64,000 nucleotides of DNA from assembly GCA_963779615.1 (NCBI GenBank), contig CAVZZA010000003.1, positions 352,001-416,000 on the forward strand, given 5' to 3'. The stretch is from an uncultured Nitrososphaeraceae archaeon (GTDB lineage: Archaea; Thermoproteota; Nitrososphaeria; Nitrososphaerales; Nitrososphaeraceae). Shown here piece after piece: positions 56,357 through 64,000 of this stretch. The notes under the pieces are model-generated. The model worked only from the letters and a program-made list of their open reading frames with translations. It did not search any database and had not been told where the DNA came from. Position 1 is the stretch's first letter, and the number at the start of each line of letters is the position of its first letter. The translations under genes and the position numbers were made by a program.

Positions 56357-57077
56357 CAAGAAAAAGGGTAAACATATACTGATTGACATATATTCGCTAT
56401 TCAGTTCTCAACAGATACTTTACTACATCTAGGTTAAATCGTCTTTATCGTCGTATCGTTGTTATTGTAGCATCCTAGGGGCTGTTAAATGTATACTTAC
56501 GACGATACTACGGTTACTACGGTATTTTCCATACTTTAACAAAAAATTATGAAATTAAGATGCCCTATAAAATTTAGGAGGACTTTATAATATATAACAT
56601 AACAAGATTTAGTTTTATTGTCTGTGCTGCAATTGATGGCCTATTATAACAGAAAAATGTATTAAAATTTAATTTAGTGTCATTTAAATGGTAACATAAA
56701 AAATATCTCACATAATCCAGTTTATGGATTAAGGCAACCTAGAATTGTTTATTATTTCTTCCATCTCTCCACCATTAAAAGTGTCTTTTGATTCTAGGTC
56801 AAAAATGTTGTTGTAGAGTTATGCATTCAATACATTGTCTTGGAGCCTGGATAGTAATAATTGTTGCAATCGGTGTAAATTGGTTAATCCAACAGGAACA
56901 CTTACCGCCTGAATCCCAGCGTTATTGAATGTTTAATCTCCACCGGGATGCTGGGATGGCACACTTCAAACTTGAAAAGTTGGGAGTTAGGCATTTTTAT
57001 GAAGAGTGTGATAATGGATATATGTATATCATCTGCAGGCATGGTGTTTTTGTTTCCAGAAAAGAAGGGGCGCTAGA

Positions 57078-57648
57078 ATGAGGTTTCATGCAGAGAAAAA
57101 AGGCATCCGTGTATTAGGAATAGCTGAAATCTTCAGAAAAACTAGTGCTTGTTCCACGCTAGCGGGAATAGTAATGCGCCGTGACCTGATAATTGACGGC
57201 ATGGTTTTTGGGAATGTCGCGATTGGAGGAAATGATTCTACGCAAAACATCCTGTCCATGTACAGGTCATTAAAGAGAAATGACATTAATTGCATAATGC
57301 TTGATGGCCTTGTTATCAGCATGTACAACATAATAGATGGTGAAGAACTTGGAGAAAACACCAATGTTCCAGTTATAGCGATATCATTCAAAGACTCGGA
57401 GGGACTGGAAGGTGCCATACAACACCACTTTTCCAATGACTCCAATCCTAAATTAGAACAATACCGTAAACTAGGGCAACGAGACAAAACTCTATTAAAG
57501 ACGGGGCAAGACTCTGTTCGTACGGTACTGGGGAATAAGCCCAAAAGAAGCATCCACGATCATTGATTGCTTTACACTCCAAGGTTCCATTCCAGAGCCG
57601 ATTAGAGTAGCAAAACTTGCTGCTCGTGCCAGCATGCGAAGCAAATGA
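57078..57648 (+). pseudogene. DUF99/endonuclease dU-family protein, frameshifted near 57510
   Basis: RVLGIAE, IMLDG...YNIID; C-terminus FTLQGSIPEPIRVAKLAA in another frame. Confidence 0.8.
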
Positions 57649-57952
57649 CTCGGACTTAGGGCATCCCACCATAATATTATCTGTATTTGGTCCAAATGAT
57701 ATTTCCATGATACTCTGGGAAGGGGGTGCGATCATATAATAGCCATTATCCACTAAAACTATTACGGAATTACATGTCTGTTTAGGTGGGATTAACTTCT
57801 TGATGGTATGCTGGACTGATTGAATTTGGATAATATGATTACCATAATCAATATCAACTACACATTCTGTACATATTCCTGTTGGCTATTCTAACGGATA
57901 AGCATAAAAAAATAAAACCATTACAACAGCATCCATAACAAAGTAGGAAAAT

Positions 57953-58124
57953 TGTCTCCGATGTATCCGATGACTCCGGCTGAGCACAGCTATACGCAGA
58001 AAACCCGGACATAACCTCTTTTCTTAACCAATTTGTCTCCGGTTCTGCAAAGTTATATCCGGATAAAAGCAAAAATTTAGTGCTTAAAATCTAGATTTCG
58101 GAGACACCGGACACACCGGAGACA
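57953..58124 (+). repeat. Module copy R6
   Basis: Same box layout (+81, +101, three inverted boxes). Confidence 0.95.
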
Positions 58125-58413
58125 TTTTTAGTTAATTGGTAAGAGATGCTGGGAAGTTTAGGGATAGGAATTTGCGAAAAAAGTATGGATAATATATGGA
58201 CAGAAAATAAAATAATGAAAAAAAATTGTTGATTCGTACAATCACAGCCCTCTCATAAAATAAAGACCAAACTTAATACCTCATCAGTAATAAGACATAG
58301 TAGGATTGAGAATATAAAAAAAGAAACAGGCAACCTCGTTCGCTGCATTTTGTGATTTGGTTTTTGATAAGGGCTTTATGGTTGGCAAAACAACAGTTCC
58401 CATGACTCATTCG

Positions 58414-58977
58414 TCAAAAGAGTTTTCGGTTCTTTAAATCGTAATATTTGTTTTTCATTTTGTCGATTTCCTGATGATAATACTTTAAAGTCTCTTTTGA
58501 GTTGAATGTGTCGACATCGAGTCGGTCCTTTTCCAACTTGTAGTTTTTATTATCCCTTTTGATGTCAACTATTTCTTTGACATCCTTCAAGCTGAGGTGG
58601 CCTTCCCTTAAATAGTGAAGCAATTCCAAAAACTCAGGTTTGTTTCCATTTTCAGACAATACGGAAACAACATCGTGCCGATTTTGTAATGCCAGATAGT
58701 CAGAATGTATTTTCAGGGCCTGGTCCGGTGGCAGGTCAAGCCCAATTGCGACCTGGATGATGGACTTGCCCGTTAAAAACAGCCTAAAGGCCTGGGATGC
58801 AATTGACAGGGGATTTTTCTTTTTATCATCTTCATTAACCTCGCCAGTTAGTTTGTTTCTTATCTTCTTGATTTCGGTAAATGAGACATGGGCCTGCTTC
58901 GCAATCTCCATTGCCGTAAGTCCTTAGTTGAGCATATCAATGACCAACGCCTCCTAGTCCTTTTCACTTAAAATCAT
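58414..58977 (-). pseudogene. HTH protein homologous to 19905-20498, with two in-frame stops near the start
   Basis: MILSEKD*EALVIDMLN*GLTAMEIAKQAHVSFTEI...SQAFRLFLTGKSIIQVAIGLDL. Confidence 0.75.
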
Positions 58978-59375
58978 GACACCTCACATTGTTATCATGT
59001 TTATTTATAAAGAAATGATTTTGCTATTCCTGTTACTGTCTTCTTTCACATACTTTTGTTTGTGACACATATTGACATCTTATCTAGTAAGCATCAAAAG
59101 TTGCCAGAACAAGATGTAATTTCTATATTGTCTCAATGCTTGGAGGAGTGCAATAAGGTAAGTAAAATTAGATGCAAATATCGTTAAAGAATTATGGAGC
59201 TGTAAGATATGATAAGGGTTGTTGGCCTATCAGCATAGAAAATATGAAGAAAGAGAATTACGTGGCTATAGAATTGTTCAGAATTAACTCAATAATTAAT
59301 AACAATTACATTCTAATTCTTATTTCTAATCATGATAAAAAAAGAATATTAGATCAATATTATGAATATTAAAAA

Positions 59376-60798
59376 TTGTCTATCACATTATTTGTAGCGC
59401 ATAGTCAAAGGGATGCTGAGTTACGCGGAATCCTTTCACAAGCATTGTCTATAAAGGGCATCAAACCCAAACTAATGGAATTTGAAGATCTTGGTAGAAG
59501 ATATCGCGGTTTTGAAATCAGCAATAGCATCAAAGAAGACTCGGATGGACTCGTAGTCCTTCTCGGAACGAATGTATTAAATCCACAAATGAGAAATCCT
59601 CAGTTTACCCGAAACTGGGTAGCGTTTGAAACAGGCGTCTCGGTTGGTGCCAATAAAAGAGTATGGGTAATAGAAGAAAACAAGAATAAGATCAGTTTTC
59701 CAATTCCTTATGTTACAGATTATATAATAATCAAAAACGTAGAAGAGGATATAAAAATTATTGGAAACATATTTGAAAATGTTTATTCAAAGACATCTGA
59801 AGAAGTAAAGAGTGTTAAATATGTGACAGTAACATGTCCATTTGAGAACTGTAACGCAAATTTTAGATTCTGGACAGTTTTTAAAAATAATTAGTTGTCC
59901 TGTATGCAGACAGCAGATGGACCTAGGCTTATACGATTTGAATACACAAAATGTCAAATCAATAAAAGCGAATGTAAAGATACCTAAATTAGTAGTTGAA
60001 TATGATGACAGAGAATATAATGCCAAAGTCCTTTATCGCGTCATTAGAAACACAAAGGAACGCTTTGAACATATAGGATCGCCACATAGAGACGATCCTA
60101 TTGATTTACTTTTGAAGAATCAAAGAGAATTAATTTTTAGAATCGAAAAAAAACCTAGACAAATAATTCCTCTTCTAGTTGACTTTGATGGTGATATTGT
60201 ATCTTATTGGTATATTCAAAAAACTAATGATAATAAATATATCCTGGACTTTAGACATAGGGTTCCAAATCACAATTTTCAAATTTATACCATCTTTGAG
60301 AATTACGAGATTGCATTCAACTTTTTTGTAACACTGGAAAATAAAGAAACCGGATATCCATCTTATAGTATTCAAAAAATAAGTTTTGTTCATGCATCAA
60401 AAGAAGATCATAATAACAAAGCTTCAAACGTCATGACTTATGAGAAAGATACTATATGGATAAGTGAAGGAGATGATTCATGGATAGAATTGGAATTAGA
60501 GAATGTGACTGAGATAAATTATCTTACAATAAAATGGACTAGCAATACGCTTCTTATTAATCGTTTTAGCATATCCTTATCTTTAGATGGAAGAACATTT
60601 GGTGATCAAATGTACTTTGTAAGTGAATTTGTTTCCAGGGAAGAGAATTTCTTTATAGAGAGCACAGAACCTAAATATGGAAAATTCGTCAGACTGTCAT
60701 TTCAAAACAAGGAAAAAAATGGTCGTGTTAACATTTCTCATATCAAGATTTTTGGAATAGACTCATCGGTTGGTCATGTAGGTTTATCTAGCGTATAA
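59376..60798 (+). pseudogene. TIR-like domain + Zn ribbon + discoidin/F5-8C-like domain, +1 frameshift in a T/A run at ~59880
   Basis: LFVAHSQRD, NWVAFETG; CPFENC and CPVC straddle the frameshift; W..EG..SWIELEL..FSISLSLDG..F..GKFVRL..ISHIKIFG. Confidence 0.7.
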
Positions 60799-60939
60799 TT
60801 GCAAATAAATCAGTATATAACGATTATTATGGAAATAAGGTTGGTTTATAAAAGAAATAATGCCTAGATCTCTGCTACATTATTTTACCTCTGTTACATA
60901 TGTTATTTTTTATGTTGTTTTTGGAGGATTACAGCTATT

Positions 60940-60987
60940 GGGAGATCTTCGAACTCTTGAGGCCCCCACGGGCCACAAGCTTTAGCT
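60940..60987 (-). other. Degenerate 3' half of a class II (Ser-like) tRNA; possible att relic
   Basis: Minus strand GCTAAAGCTTGT-GGCCC-GTGG-GGGCC-TC-AAGAG-TTCGAA-GATCTCCC (variable-arm hairpin plus T-loop). Confidence 0.45.
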
Positions 60988-61113
60988 GGTCTGGGCATAT
61001 CATTATCCACCTCAATATGGGAACTATGGCAACTGCCAACCTTTTTTTTACTGATTTTGGTAGGTTGGTTAAGGATTTTTCATGGTTGACCTTGCTGAAT
61101 TTAGTAAGATTTG

Positions 61114-61509
61114 TGTCTCCAATGACTCCGGTAACTCCGGTGAGCACAAAATGTCTCCGGAAAACGAGAGTTTAACTCCGTATTTGGAAGAAATGTCTCC
61201 GGAAAAAGATAAGATGTCTCCAGGCAATCGGGATGATGCAAGCATTAAATCCAACAGTTCCGGAGACACCGGACACAGCGGAGTCATTCCCTATATATCT
61301 AAGGAGGAAGTTGACAAAACTAAAGACGATGTAAAAGAAACCGAAGGGTCAGAAACAGATAAAATGATAGGGTTTAGAGAGCCATTTCATTATTGCAGGC
61401 AGCACCCCCATGTCCAAAACATACATCGAGAGGAGATAGACCACCATATACGATATTCCAAAGAGCACGTTGGAGAGTAGAAAACAAATGATGATGATAT
61501 TTATTTTTA
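61114..61509 (+). repeat. Duplicate of the helicase 3' end (40234-40623), including module copy R7 (61114-61286) and the Zn-finger tail
   Basis: SGEHKMSPENESLTPYLEEMSPEKD and GFREPFHYC..HPHVQNIHREEI.HHIRYSKEH nearly identical at DNA level. Confidence 0.95.
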
Positions 61510-61622
61510 CAAGCAAATCCTAACTCATTTATTTTGGCGATACTTGTTCTCTTCATGTCATCTGTTGGTGTCCAAGATAAAAGAATTTAAGTAAATGCTC
61601 AAAGTCCTAGTCTAATACAATC

Positions 61623-63281
61623 ATGAACGTAATGGATTTCGGAGCCAAGGGGGATGTGAAATTGGGCTTTAATGGATCAATTCCTAAAGAAGATCTTGAT
61701 AAACTGTGTGTGCATGATGCTGCCTTTAATGCTAACGATATTGGCAAAATCATCAGCATTGCAAAACCGGGGGATAAAATACCGGTACTTAAAACAGAGA
61801 TTAAAGGTCTTGTTAGTAGTGACGTGGTCATTCTAAAATCACCCTCGTCTGGACCGGCAATGGATTTAGATGTCATGTGGGGAACAAGCGACACATTGGC
61901 TGTACAAAGGGCGATTGACAAGGCAGGTAAAGGAGAAACCATCTTCTTTCCTCCTGGCATATATTGCGCTCACGATTTATACCTTAAACCCGGGATTTCA
62001 CTCGTTTCCTTGGAGGGGTCTCTCATGTCTGTGGGCACATCCGATATTCCAGAAAACTGCGTTCCAAAGATCTTGCTGGAAGGAGCTATTATGACGCAAT
62101 TTATTGGAGACAATTCTACCTTCTTTTTTAGTGATAGCAATCGGCCCAATAGAGGCAAGCTGACAGGAGTCAGATTCAAAGGACTGATATTTGATGGCAA
62201 TATTGATCACAATAACAAATCATGTACGCTACTTTATCTAGGAAATGTTGACGGTCATTTAGGGGTTGACTTCTTTGACTGTGAGATAAAGAACTTTAGC
62301 TATGGCATACATGTACGGGGAGCTAATCATTCGTCATTTGAGTTCAACGGCTGTAAATTCAAGAAAAATGGCGGTACTTGTATAGCATTCGACAATACTA
62401 GCACAAATGACATAAGAATCACAGACTGCAAATTTATTGACTGTCTTGATGGCATTCAGATTTATCCCAATAGTAAGTTGCCTGAAGGTGAAGTAGAATT
62501 AGTTACCTGGAACACTTGCGATCAAGTCTTAGTTGAAAGATGCCATTTTTCTGGCAAGATGAGAAACCCAATTAAATGTGCAGGGGGTTCTTTTAAAAAT
62601 CCAAAGCTTAAACGTAAACCAGATATTAGACTTGCAGCAACTCATGTAACTGTCAAGGGGTGTACAGTCGTTGGGCCTGCCAGGTGGTGGTGGGATTATG
62701 TCAGTAAAGGTTCAGCAGATCAAATTGCACTGTATGGTGTAGACCACTTTACGGTTACCGGAAATGTGTCGAATAAAGGAGGCGATGGGGGAATTGTGAT
62801 CCAAGAAAGTCAGCACGGAACCATAGCGGGTAACACATGTTGTGAGAATTTTGGACCTGGAATATACATATTATCAGTAGATAGATCATCATCCTTCATC
62901 AATGTTAATGGCAATAATTGTATCAAAAATTGCCGTCGAGCTACGCTACCAGTTAGATGTGGAGACGAAGGTAAGAGAATAATTAACCACCCTGCAGGCA
63001 TAATGCTGTCTGGCTGCAACGATGTTCTAATTACGAATAATCTTTGCTACGATATTGCACTGCCTCGTACAAAGGCAACTCAGCTTTATGGTCTTTCTAT
63101 TAGCGACAGTACCAAAAATGTCGCAATTGGATCTAACATTATCGGTTCTAATCTTTTATTGGGTGTACCGGATTCTGGACGCGGAGGAGGAGGGGACGTC
63201 TTTGTCGACAGTCTTTCCACCTATGAAGTATTAAAGTCCTATAGCGAATATATCTCAAAAATTGAAGTCATCGGTGATTAA
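61623..63281 (+). CDS. Right-handed parallel beta-helix (pectate-lyase-3-like) protein
   Basis: NVMDFGAKGD, DTLAVQRAID, IFFPPGIY, and repeated Asn/Cys-ladder strands. Confidence 0.85.
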   Translation: MNVMDFGAKGDVKLGFNGSIPKEDLDKLCVHDAAFNANDIGKIISIAKPGDKIPVLKTEIKGLVSSDVVILKSPSSGPAMDLDVMWGTSDTLAVQRAIDKAGKGETIFFPPGIYCAHDLYLKPGISLVSLEGSLMSVGTSDIPENCVPKILLEGAIMTQFIGDNSTFFFSDSNRPNRGKLTGVRFKGLIFDGNIDHNNKSCTLLYLGNVDGHLGVDFFDCEIKNFSYGIHVRGANHSSFEFNGCKFKKNGGTCIAFDNTSTNDIRITDCKFIDCLDGIQIYPNSKLPEGEVELVTWNTCDQVLVERCHFSGKMRNPIKCAGGSFKNPKLKRKPDIRLAATHVTVKGCTVVGPARWWWDYVSKGSADQIALYGVDHFTVTGNVSNKGGDGGIVIQESQHGTIAGNTCCENFGPGIYILSVDRSSSFINVNGNNCIKNCRRATLPVRCGDEGKRIINHPAGIMLSGCNDVLITNNLCYDIALPRTKATQLYGLSISDSTKNVAIGSNIIGSNLLLGVPDSGRGGGGDVFVDSLSTYEVLKSYSEYISKIEVIGD

Positions 63282-63781
63282 GTCCTAACCTTTTTTCACT
63301 AACATAGACATCTACGCCCCAATTGGCCAATCCCTGTTGATTACCATTATGCAAACCATTTACCATAATTGATTAAAAAATAAATTTGAATTTACTGTTG
63401 TTTTCTCCATAAATGGGATTGGTAAATATAATTAGTAAAAATAAAGAAACTGTTATAAAAGAACTTGTTTAATTTTAAAAAGTTAGAGATAACGCATTTT
63501 TTTAAAGTCACTTGATGTAGTTTGCTTTTTATACGCAATTAAATACACTAATTTCTTCAAAAGAAAATAACTTTAGTAGATATCATTTTCTATATTGCTA
63601 AAACAAACATACTTTACCACTATTTGTATTTTAACTGTGGACTAAAGACAACGTAATCTACAAACAAACCGGTCAGTATCAACGACATTTTTATTATATT
63701 TTACATTAAATGAACTGCAGGAAAAATTGATTTCATCAATACAGTGGCCATATGACAACATTCAAAACATACTTGGAAACT

Positions 63782-63951
63782 TGTCTCCAATGTCTCCATT
63801 ATCTCCGGATAGGCACAAATATGCACTGAAAACCCGGACACAGCTTCTCTCTTTGCAATTTATATCCGGTTTTGAAAGGTTATCTCCGGATATTAACAAA
63901 GGTTTAAGCACAAGATTCATAGTTCCGGAGACACCGGACACACCGGAGACA
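63782..63951 (+). repeat. Module copy R8
   Basis: TGTCTCCAA-TGTCTCCAT-TATCTCCGG ... CCGGAGACA-CCGGACACA-CCGGAGACA. Confidence 0.95.
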
Positions 63952-64000
63952 TTTTCGGTATACTCTTTAGGAGGATAGAACCCAACAAAGATTCAAATAT

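Larger units (their letters stand above)
34310..64000 (+). mobile_element. Large integrated element/genomic island at tRNA-Ala; right end not seen in the window
   Basis: Integrase directly after the tRNA; AbrB-like regulator, SF3-like helicase, accessory and defence-like cargo, many pseudogenes, repeated 170-bp modules. No second tRNA-Ala 3' copy noticed. Confidence 0.8.

Noticed and set aside
19626-58960. Stop-codon recoding to explain in-frame stops in the YVTN, Kelch, STAND, HTH and int(C) genes
   Set aside because: The stops are of all three types and confined to island genes, which fits ordinary decay better.
40234-63951. Classical integron (attC/IntI) or casposon interpretation of the modules
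   Set aside because: No RYYYAAC/GTTRRRY cores, the integrase shows no IntI features I can recognise, and there is no Cas1 or PolB gene.

Overview
AT-rich archaeal chromosome segment from an ammonia-oxidising thaumarchaeon (Nitrososphaerales, probably Nitrosocosmicus-like, judged from a stand-alone amoC and typical small conserved genes). Bases 1-16.7 kb and 24.9-34.2 kb are mostly core genes: ferredoxins, purK/purE, nadX, amoC, an antiporter, DedA, a class III cyclase and a rhodanese. Two tRNA-targeted integrated elements are present. The first is a decayed ~6.5 kb element at tRNA-Glu(CTC) with an SSV1-type split integrase and a 126-bp attL/attR repeat. The second is a >29 kb element starting at an intron-containing tRNA-Ala(TGC), encoding a tyrosine integrase and an SF3-like helicase/ATPase, and running off the window end. 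The most striking unexplained structure is in the second element. Eight co-oriented copies of a ~170-bp module of 9-bp TGTCTCCGG boxes (direct on the left, inverted on the right, fixed internal spacing) divide the cargo into cassette-like blocks, and one copy lies inside the 3' coding end of the helicase gene. This suggests an origin-delimited gene-cassette array. Also notable are two near-perfect tandem arrays (19 bp x21 and 17 bp x~27), an inverted near-identical ferredoxin domain shared by two different genes, an IS5-family element with a matching MITE, and many single-lesion pseudogenes. Some of those lesions may be assembly errors.
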